Of a stretch of DNA of 64,000 bases, positions 27,301 to 37,720 are shown piece after piece. Within the stretch, counting starts at the first letter, position 1. The number at the start of each line of letters is the position of its first letter. The stretch is from Bugula neritina (lineage: Eukaryota; Animalia; Bryozoa), in NCBI GenBank assembly GCA_964035545.1, contig OZ037765.1:11914698-11978697 (forward strand), given 5' to 3'. Position numbers and translations under genes: made by a program. A model generated the notes under the pieces. It searched no databases. It was not told where the DNA came from and saw only the letters and a program-made list of their open reading frames with translations.

Positions 27301-30300
27301 GTACAAATTTATAGGAGCTTAAGCAGCATTTTATTATCTTCAACATTGTGCTGCCTTTTATAACATTACGCCAATAGTAAGGTTGAAGGTGTAGATTTTG
27401 GTCTCATGCCATTCATCTCGCTAGTTTAAAACTGTAAAGACCCGTGTCTCTGTGAACTGTAGAAGTTAGGCCATGTTGTAGAAAATCATGCAAAGTGTTT
27501 TGAGTTGAAAAATGCATATTATATTTTCCGATTTAGACATCACAGTGAACTAGATCTTCAGATGGTTTTAATTTTCATGGTTTTTCAACAGATACTTTCT
27601 TTCTGTAGGTTACTGTGTTTGCAGCAGCTGCTTTCTACAGATTGTCACGCTGATTTTCTGTAGATTACTACTCGTCTGACGAAGATGATATGATGAGTTA
27701 CAATGGAGAGCCAGATGGTAGTAGAGATTGGGGCTGGACTTCTAACAGTAAATACTCTCGTGTGGGCACTTCTGATGGTTACAGACGGGCTGTATTACAC
27801 CCAGCTTCTGGTCTCTCTCACACCTCGTCTAATGCCTCCAGACTTGCCGACCACCAGCTGGTTACATCACCTACTACCAACAGGAAGTTTGGGTCAGTGT
27901 CTTGTACCTGCTAATTATAGTATTGCTGTTCATTTGCTAAAAGGCACAGACTTATAATTATAGATCTGAACATAGTATGTAATGGAATTGTACATATATG
28001 TAGAATGTTGTGACCAAAGTAAATGCTTGGTACGAAGGCAAACAAAAGCAAAACTAAGTAGCTAGGATATGTATGCCTAGGGTTTTTTCACTTACATTGC
28101 AATTTTTATTTTTACTCAAAATTAGCTTTTGAATTAATAATTTGTGCACACATGTAAAGGGTGATTCATTTTCTCTAAAAGTTAGGAGTGAAATTATTTT
28201 TAAAGCTATGCACTGAGACTAGGATTTCATAAGTGAACTGACGTTTGTAGGGGGTGTATATATGCTGTTATAATTTATTTGAATGCAGAGAAAATATATG
28301 TTTTTTGGTGGTTATGGATTTATTGTTACTAAGTGATATCTCTTTGACTCAGTAACTCAGTGTTATGTAATATACTGCTGACCCAGTAACTCAGTGTTAT
28401 GTAATATACTGCTGACCCAGTAACTCAGTGTTATGTAATATACTGCTGACTCAGTAACTCAGTGTTATGTAATATGCTGCCTTTCAGTAGACACCCAAAA
28501 CTCTCACACAGTTCTGACAGCAGCAGCTCTTGCCTGACCCCTCCTCCAGCTGTCAAGTGTAAGGCACACGGTCGCCACTCTCCTGGCAGCGACACGGACA
28601 CCAGCAGCACTCGCAGCTGGGACCAGGATTACCTGGTCAGCCAGCAAACTCCCGATCAGAAACACAGAGTCAAAAAGAAGACAACTCAGCGTAGTTCAGA
28701 TTCTAAGAAGAAGGGAAACCAAGGTAAGGAGATAAATATATTCGGTGGATTTATTTTTGCCATTAGTAAGCATTTGCTAGCTAGTTTATATTTCCATTTA
28801 AATATGCGTTTTAACTATTATTGTTTAAAATAAAGTAAGGAAAATCATCCTAAAATGAGAATTTTATTGCTATTGGCTAACAGATTATGATACTGATGAG
28901 GAAACGGACCGGTTGCTTAACAAACCATATTTAGAGGAGGGACGGGTAGACTTACCTCCAGATACACAAGAGCTGGGAAATCAGGCTATGAAAAACAAGG
29001 CTAAAGAAGGTAATGCATGGTATTTGTAATTCTTTCCATATTCATTCAATTTAATGTGTGGTAATTTTTATGCCTTTCCTTAAATACTATACATGTGCTC
29101 ATAATTTAACAAAGATATAATGACTAATCGAGTTGTTGTACTTTCCATTTCACTTTCTGCTGTTGACTAATGGCTGGCTCGGTGAGTTCTTAGCTTCAAT
29201 TCTTAACGTATCTGTTGGTGTAATGCGGGTCGTGGGACAGTGTATCTGTATGCTTACATGTAAATTCAGATTGTGTTTAGTCTTGTCTGTCACCAATAGT
29301 AGCTGTAGAGAATTATAATTGGAAACTGGTGGGTTTTAGTCATTCGAGTTTTGTCTATAAAATAAACCTTACAGCAAATTTTGTTTTAGATGCTAAAGCT
29401 ATGCAGTCACTATATCCTCTCAATGTATTCTCTAATTGTATATTCAATGATTTAGTAGATATACACCAGTACTTACTCTAGTACTACTTTTAGTGGTAAG
29501 TGTGGACACACTGGCTACTGACTGCGTATTATACATTATATCTGCAATATTCATTTTACAAAACACACATTTTTAATTTATGGAATTATTTTTAAAGGTT
29601 GCTCAATCTGTTTTTATCCCTAGGCTATAGGCTTTTCTGAGTGGCCTCAGTAGTAATTAAAGATAAAAGTAATAGTAATTAATAATAATACCAATTAATA
29701 CTTAATGTAACTATTATATTTAACAGCTGCTTTTTATAATGTTAGCAGAGCCTTCTGGAAAAGGTTTGTATACTACCAACCACCATATTGCACTCTAATA
29801 TGTCACTACTACTACTATTACTGCTGCTACTACTTTTATCACTACCACTACTACTGCCAGTATCACTACTGCTACTACCAGTACCAATACTACTACCAGT
29901 ACTAATACTACTGCTCCTACAATTACTACTGCCAGTACCGTTATTGCTGTCAGTGCTACTGATACTACTGCTAGTTTTACTGCAACAACAATTATTACTC
30001 CTACTAAATGCTGATGCAGCAACATATAACACAAGCATTACCATGGCTCTGTCATGACTACCATAACTGTAGCATGCTAACACTACTAACTGCCACTACA
30101 CCTTTAGTATCATTCAGAGCTACTCTGACCTTTATACTAGCTACATTTTCCCTACTTGCTAATTGGCCAATGCCACTACAACTTCTCCCTTTGACTCAAA
30201 GACAGCTAAATAAGTACTAACATTTAGATTGGTGTGAAATTTTGATTTATGGAAAATTTATTGCATTGAGAGCTTGTTTTCCTTTGGTTTCTGGGGTGTT

Positions 30301-33300
30301 GTTACTAATAAACCCCCTAGTGCTGGATCACTCCATCATTCAACATGCCAACTAATGTAAGACATGCCAGTCTGGAACTGGTTTCCTACTATATTTTCTA
30401 TGCCAACAAGAAATGCTTAAATTCCTATATTTTATTTTCAAAAGATATACTTTTCTTTCAAACCGATTGCTCATAAGTACTCTTTAGTTTATATTGCTAT
30501 GTGATAAACTTTGTTTTCACTGGCTAACATCATAAAGTGGAAAGTTTAAAAGACATTATTGAGACAATGCTTAAACATTATTCTTCAGACAATCTGCCGT
30601 CTTCTTGCAAGGATACCGTAGTGGTACTCAGTCCACAGCTGCGCTATAACTAATTGTTTAATACTTACTAATCATTTCTTGAATACTCTTGAATATAATG
30701 ATTAAATTTGTTTTATTTAACTTTAGTGTATGTGTAAGTTATTTTACAACCAATGATTGGTTTACCAAATGTTTTGTGTTAAAGCAAGAGTACTGCTAGC
30801 TGTAGACAAACTTTAGGTTAGGTGGGTAGATGTAGATGGTGAGGGTTTCTTCTAACAGCATGTTAGCTGTTTATTTGAGAATTGTAGTGTTGCATGGGTT
30901 ACGGTTTTATGTGTAAGTAGATATGCTGTATACTTGCAGTACATCACATTATAACTTGTCCAGAATTGATTGGAGAAATTTCTATGTTTCAACAAATAGT
31001 ACATGCTGTCCTGTTGATATTGCTACTGTTGATGCATTTGCAATATATTTACTTTTAAAGCAACTGTGTAACACAAAACATGGGTTGTCTGCAGTTACAG
31101 TATGCTATAATATACTAATTTATTTACTACATATACTTGATGTTGAGTCTCTATACACTAGTTACTGTATCTTATAGTCACTGTATATTATAGTCACAGT
31201 ATCTTATAGTCACTGTATATTATAGTCACTGTATATTGTAGTCACTGTATATTATAGTCACTGTATCTTATAGTCACAGTATCTTATAGTCACTGTATCT
31301 TATAGTCACTGTACCTTGTAGTCACTGTATCTTATAGTCACTGTATATTATAGTCACTGTATATTATAGTCACTGTATCTGATAGTCACTGTATATTATA
31401 GTCACTGTATCTTATAGTCACTGTATCTGATAGTCACTATATCTTATAGTCACTGTATCTTGTAGTCACTGTACCTTGTAGTCACTGTATCTTATAGTCA
31501 CTGTATCTGATAGTCACTGTATCTTATAGTCACTGTATATTATAGTCACTGTATATTATAGTCACTGTATCTTGTAGTCACTGTATCTTATAGTCACTGT
31601 ATCTTGTAGTCACTGTATCTTATAGTCACTGTATATTATAGTCACTGTATATTATAGTCACTGTATCTTGTAGTCACTGTATATTATAGTCACTGTATCT
31701 TATAGTCACTGTATCTTGTAGTCACTGTATATTATAGTCACTGTATCTTATAGTCACTGTATCTTGTAGTCACTGTATCTTATAGTCACTGTATATTATA
31801 GTCACTGTATCTTATAGTCACTGTATCTTGTAGTCACTGTATCTTATAGTCACTGTATATTATAGTCACTGTATCTGATAGTTACTGTATATTATAGTCA
31901 CTGTATATTATAGTCACTGTATCTTGTAGTCACTGTATCTTGTAGTCACTGTATATTATAGTCACTGTATATTATAGTCACTGTATATTATAGTCACTGT
32001 ATCTTATGGTCACTGTATCTTATAGTCACTGTATCTTATAGTCACTGTATATTATAGTCACTGTATATTATAGTCACTGTATATTATAGTCACTGTATCT
32101 TATAGTCACTGTATCTTATAGTCACTGTACCTTGTAGTCACTGTATATGACCCGGATGAACCTACAGTACTAATAGAAGGCATATTATTCCGAGCGGCCT
32201 ATCTAGGCTCTACCCAACTCATGTCCGAAGCTCAGCCTAGTAAAGCTATTCGGATGTTGCAGGCTCAGGAAGCAGTTGGTAGAATTAAGGTGAGGCACAC
32301 TGTTTTACATTATAATTTACAGTTCGTATCTATCACAGGGTACCGTGCATGCACATTATTTAGCTAGGGCGGCACACCAGTATTTGCATCTCTCACAATT
32401 TATCCCAACTACATGTTTTGGGATATTTGTATTTTTTTCTACATCAGCATCTAACATCACTTTATTTTATACCCATATTAATCTTGCAGTCTTCGGTAAG
32501 TAACTAGTGTCGTGCCGAATATTCTTTGCTTGAGTGAACTGACCGCTGATAATTTGCATAATTCTAAAGATTATTTGTTCAGAGATACATAATAGGCACA
32601 ATAATGCGTTGCGCTTTTGAAATTTATTTAAAAAATGCCTTAGTTTTAATTTTTAATAAATTTTGTTGTTTTAAGGTATTGGGGTCATTGCACTTTGGTG
32701 AGAATTACCAGGTAGAGTTAGTAACATCTTCTTAGCCACATTCAACATTTTAAAGCTATCTTCTTATTTGATACTATCTCGTTTAGTCCTGCACACAGCG
32801 TTTAGCTCCAGCCTTCAGGCGATATGAATTCTAACAGGAATAAAATGATTGAGTGGGCATTATGTAATGTTGGCCGTAATTAGTAGCTCTCCATCTAAAA
32901 TCTTTTGATTCATTTTTTGAGGTTTCTAATTGAAGAAAATTTACTGAATTAAGTATTGAATTGAAATGAATAGGAAATGTATGCTTGTCAATGTGACCCG
33001 ACACTGAGTGCTGCCAACTAGCTTGACCCACTGAACTTTGTGCATCTTGGGAATTTAGCTGCTTGACATGCAATCATTATAGTAATTTCATTGTCTTATT
33101 GTTGTATTTTATATTATATTTGTTCTTTGCTATCATTTCCGTGTATACATTATGTCATGTAGGCTAACAATTAGCATAAAGCAGTGTTACACCAGCTTGC
33201 ACCCTCACCTGAATGACTTCCCATATTTTTGTTTTTATAGTATTCCAAATTTCTGCCTGTAGCTTTTCTTATATAATAATAACAAATGTATATCTAGGCA

Positions 33301-36016
33301 ATGGAAGGGGAAAGCCAACCGAGCACCGATGTGGATCTCTTTGTGTCAATAGAAAAGGTGATGGTACTCAACACTGGTCTCCAGGTTTGTATTATCGACT
33401 CACCTCACACGTCACCTACATAGGTGACGTGTGAGGTAAGTAAATTATGTGGAAATTGACTTACTCTCCTCTTTGTTGAAGGAACTGGCAGGTTTCAATC
33501 TTTGTGAAAGCATAACTACTGATCATGGCTCACTCACTAGTTAAGCATTTAAATTGCTATTCGTATATTAGTACTTGAGTTGGCTAATTCCAGGAGATTA
33601 TGATGGACCATGCACTGCGTTCCATATCCTATATAGCAGATATCGACAATATTCTAGTGGTTATGGCCAAGCGAAGTCTAGTCCTCAGCTCACCATCTTC
33701 CGGGGATGAGCAGTCCACACTTCCTTCCAACGCTCAGCAGAAACTTATTTGTCACATCTTTGAGACTGATGAGGTACTCTGTTATATACTATAGGTGTGA
33801 CTGTTATATACTCTAGGTGTGACTGTTATATACTCTAGGTGTGACTCTTTATACACTAGGCATGACTGTTATATACTCTAGATGTGACTCTTATATAGTC
33901 TAGGCATGACTGTGATACATGGGCGGAGGTGACAAATGCCCATTGAGTTAAGTTAAGAGTATGTAATTTGGTGAAGGCCTGATTCATACTATTTTAATGC
34001 TTATAACATTTAAATTTTTCAGAAAATTGTGCTTTAAAATGTGATTAGGTTATTTAAGTCTTTGTTGCACTGAAAATCATAAATTTAAAAAGTCTACAAT
34101 GAAAATTCTGCCAGAGTGCTCATGCATGTTGTGAGTAGTTGCAATGCAGCCCGGCAGCAAGCAGTTACCATGACGTGCTGCTGTCGTACTCCAGACCCTA
34201 TGGTGTACCTCTCTTCTGCTGTTCTTGTAGGCCCATCTCATTGCTCAGTCTATAGGGCAGGCGTTTCAAGTGGCGTATATGGAGTTCCTCAAGGCCAATG
34301 GCATAGAGGATCCTAATATTCACCTTAAAGATACGTCGTATGAAGATATTCTTCAGCAACAGGAGATTATGCATGATGAACTCGAAACTTTCACTAAAAA
34401 AGACCGTCAAAAGGACGTATGTTGTCATATTATAGTCTGAAAATATCTAGGAGCAGTTAATTCAACTATGATGAAATGTGGTTTCCAGTGTTTAATATAA
34501 AGTTAATGTTAAAAAAGCTTCAGAAGGCATGAAAGTACTACGAAACTTACCATGATTTTTCAGAGCTTCTCGTAGTTAGATGTTCTTTTTTACTCTGTGT
34601 AGGAATTTGCTGAATGAACGTGAAATTTTAAGTACTTGACATGCATTCTTTAAACTGGCACATTAAAATATAAACAGAATGAAAACTTGATTGAAAATTT
34701 ACAACAAATTTTTCCCTGTGGATATAATTTCTTTCTTATACAGGTGATTGTGCCAAAGTCTAAAGGAGAGGCGCTAGGTATAGTGATAGTGGAGTCGGGG
34801 TGGGGCTCAATGCTACCCACCGTAGTACTTGCTAATATGTCTCCAGTTGGAGCCGCGGCTAGATGCGGACATCTAAATATTGGTGACCAGATTATGTCAG
34901 TTAATGGCATCAGCTTAGTTGGGCTGCCACTTTCCACCTGCCAGGAGCATGTCAAGGTATGCCCATGTCATGTAGTGGCAAGTGGTTGTGTTAAATTTGG
35001 GTGTCTTTAGAAGAAGCTTCGTTCAAGTGCTATTGTGAGCACAAGAAGAAAACTTCTTTTTTAAAAGCAGCATAATTAAGCCATGCGTCTAGCTAGGGGA
35101 CATAACACTAATGACCTAAGAAATATGTATTATATATTGAAAAGGTTTTCTATACTGTCGTACTCCATTTAACTGTGTGTTGTCATTTGATAAGCAGGTC
35201 ATATCGGCTATTTTTAATCTTGATAACTTCTTAGCATTTTAATGGGACTCCTGTATATTTGATTGTGACCATGTTGAGTTAACATTCTTATTTCTGGAAT
35301 TTTTTATATCGTTGAATGGTTACCTATGTATAGAGCTGCTGTTTATAAATATATTTGTGCAAAGCCAATTATGGTTGGGCTCAGTATAAAGACATTGAAA
35401 CAATGTATTTATATTTTATACACTTGCAGGCAGTGAAGAACTTGACTGCTGTACGTCTGTGTGTTGTATCCAGACCACCTGTAGTAGAAGTTTTAATAAA
35501 AAGACCAGACAAGAAGTATCAACTTGGTTTCAGCGTGCAGAATGGTGTCATATGTAGTCTATTGCGAGGTGGCATCGCGGAGCGCGGAGGAATACGCGTT
35601 GGTCATAGGATTATAGAGATAAATGGTCAAAGCGTTGTTGCTGTTCCTCATGAAAAAATAGTGCATATGCTTTCTACATCCATTGGGGAGGTAAATTGAA
35701 AAAAAACTGAATGTGTAAATTATTTTTGAAAATGTTAATAATATATCATTATGTATGTATTGTGACAAGTTGGAATGTATGGTATACCCTTTTTGTTAGG
35801 AAATTCTTTTAATGAATTTGAATATTAAAATATATTTTTCCTTTCAAGTTATTGAGTTACCAAATTTGAATCTATTTAGACAGCCACTGTTGCCTTCCTT
35901 CCTTCTTCTCTCTTTTTCAATTTAAGTAATGTTCTGTTTTGTAGATTCACATGAAAACAATGCCAATGGCAGTGTTCCGGCTACTTACCGGCCAAGAAGT
36001 ACCTCAATATATTTAA
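24359..36016 (+). CDS. APBA: X11/Mint/LIN-10 adaptor (amyloid-beta precursor protein-binding family A), PTB + 2 PDZ, 14 constitutive coding exons, ~966 aa
   Basis: Exons: 24359-25105, 25631-25848, 26285-26391, 26658-26744, 27664-27892, 28488-28723, 28884-29009, 32138-32289, 33298-33384, 33594-33773, 34231-34416, 34744-34956, 35430-35690, 35945-36016. Phases consistent, 2901 nt. PTB: [58 protein letters not shown]1: [25 protein letters not shown]2: [38 protein letters not shown]-terminus [24 protein letters not shown]-terminal exons are supported by splice sites and phase only. Confidence 0.95.
26805..27020 (-). mobile_element. tRNA-derived SINE, family copy 1
   Basis: Head gagcagccgtggtctaggggttaaagcgctggcttagtaaacccgtagtgatgggttcgatccccag (A and B boxes); degenerate 14-bp TSD tgcattcctattga (26791-26804) / tgcattcttgttga (27021-27034); homologous to 55402 and 63270. 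Confidence 0.85.
28346..28489 (+). repeat. 34-bp tandem repeat x4 ending at the APBA exon acceptor
   Basis: Unit gac(t/c)cagtaactcagtgttatgtaatatactgct at 28346, 28380, 28414, 28448; last unit ends in ctttcag| (28487). Confidence 0.9.
29749..29763 (+). CDS. Candidate 15-nt in-frame microexon of APBA (EPSGK)
   Basis: gctgctttttataatgttagcag|AGCCTTCTGGAAAAG|gtttgt; phase 1-1, matching the flanking exons. Confidence 0.4.
29800..30110. repeat. Degenerate (CTA/CTG)n trinucleotide repeat, intronic
   Basis: Produces poly-Leu/Thr/Ser/Val ORFs in several frames. Confidence 0.85.
31159..32146 (+). repeat. 16-bp minisatellite x~61 (tagtcactgtatctta) running into the APBA PTB exon
   Basis: First TAG at 31159, last at 32135 (976 = 61 x 16); variants tctta/tatta/tcttg/tctga/ccttg. 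Confidence 0.95.
32490..32495 (+). CDS. Candidate 6-nt microexon (Ser-Ser) in the APBA PTB domain
   Basis: tttattttatacccatattaatcttgcag|TCTTCG|gtaagt; consensus acceptor and donor, phase 0-0, between ...VGRIK and AMEGES. Confidence 0.55.
32676..32711 (+). CDS. Candidate 36-nt cassette exon ([12 protein letters not shown]) in the APBA PTB domain
   Basis: ttttgttgttttaag|GTATTG...TACCAG|gtagag; open, phase 0-0. Confidence 0.45.
33772..33920 (+). repeat. ~22-bp tandem repeat x~6.5 starting at an APBA donor site
   Basis: GAG|gtactctgttatatactatag gtgtgactgttatatactctag gtgtgactgttatatactctag ... Confidence 0.9.
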
Positions 36017-36937
36017 GTCTCGGCTACCTGAGCTCTAGTCTGAGAACCTGTTCTAAGTCAGCAATCATAATGCTTGTGAATGTCAAGGGTTATTGTGCAA
36101 AGATTGACACGCTCCCATAAGCTGTTGTACAATTTTATTATTTTTCAAGTTTGCAATTACGGGATTTGTATTGATAGTTTGTGCAAAAGTTGCCCCCTGG
36201 ACTCAGCATATGGCTGCAACCATATCTCGGAATTTCATATTTATGATAAGCAAATAATTTACTACAATAATTATTTGCTCACTGCCAGCATTGCTGTCAT
36301 TTCTCACTAGTATGCTCACTACCAGTAGTAAAAACTCTAATGTGCTTCTAGTTGAAGAAACCTGATAAAAAGGGTGAAAAATAACCTAGTGTTACAGTAT
36401 TTGGGCTATGGACTTTTACTTCAACATATGTTGGCAAGATAACTTAAGGGCTTAGAGTGAATTTTAGTAACTATCCTATTCAGATGATTTTCCTGGCGTT
36501 ACTAATAACAAAATTTTGCATACTGAAAAATACCACTTTGCAAGTTCCTCTAACCATTATCTTAAACCTCTCACTTTATTGCTGGTTGACTAAGCTTTGG
36601 GTTTTTATTAAACATTGCTCAAACATTAAAAAAATTGATTGAGCTTGAATACCTACGCATGATTTTGTGAAATATAGCTTATATTGTCTGATGATAGTCA
36701 TACTATATGGTGCAAACATTACATGTGTAATATGATGTAAATGTTAATACCATATGATTTTAGTAAATTTTTGGTTTTATTGGTGCTCTTTTTGCTTTAA
36801 CATAATTATTGTTGCTGCTTAGCAGAGACGCGCTGCTATAGTTTCATTGTACAAATTTGTAATTATTTATTGTTTCTAAATCATTCCAAATGAATATAAA
36901 TTTTGTGTAGTAGTAAGCTTAAAACTAATAATTTATC

Positions 36938-36943
36938 AATAAA
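36938..36943 (+). promoter_or_regulatory. Candidate polyadenylation signal of APBA
   Basis: AATAAA ~920 nt after the stop codon, with further copies nearby. Confidence 0.4.
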
Positions 36944-37720
36944 CGTTTCATTTAAAACTAATTTTATTAATGTTAATAAAACGGACGGAATCACAATAAA
37001 AAGCCTTATCTATAAAATAAAACTACCTTCAAAACAAAAGCTACGTTTAACTTGCTTAACAGCCTAGTTCATGAAAATCGAACCATAAACAGTAAATGAC
37101 AAAATTAGGCATAAAATTGAATTATCGATGAGTTCTCTAGCAATATCAACTAAAGAATCTTAAAGAAGGTGTGAGCTTTGCAATACTTATGAGAAGTTGT
37201 CTCATTTTTCAAGCGCAAAAACTTTCAGTTAAAACAAAAATATTTAAATTGACTGAATCATCATTTTGAAATGATGCTAAAATTTTCCTTTAGATAGCTA
37301 TATAACAGCAAAGTACATGTTAAAAGAGCAGTTTTGTTTTTACAAAGCTTCCCCGTGCACAATAAATTATGCATCACATCTTTACGTTTGCCTCTATCTG
37401 CAGTAGCTCAACCCATTACCAACCTAATATTCTTTATCTAATATTTACTATCTAACATTTTACTTGAGAATAGTTTTTATTCGCAAGCAAATTGTCCTTT
37501 AAACTGAAGACAACTCCAATTTTTCTTTAGAAAAATCCTAAAAATCTATCATGGGTGTTTAGAGGTAAAATACTAATACACTGTTGCACATAGAATGAAT
37601 GTTAGTATTTTTATCATTTATTCAATTATACTGTCAATAGCTATCTTCTAACTGTACTAGTTACTATATAACTCCTTCCAAACCAGCAGGTGTTGCTTAC
37701 TCTTTACAAGCGGTCAAACA

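Noticed and set aside
29742-30220. Poly-Leu, poly-Ser and poly-Val ORFs
   Set aside because: Artefacts of an intronic degenerate CTA/CTG repeat; no phase-compatible splice sites around them.
31159-32146. CRISPR-like array
   Set aside because: Contiguous 16-bp units without unique spacers; eukaryotic intron; no cas genes.
32787-32834. Third cassette exon in the PTB intron
   Set aside because: Only a GC donor giving 32 nt (frameshift); read-through hits TAA.
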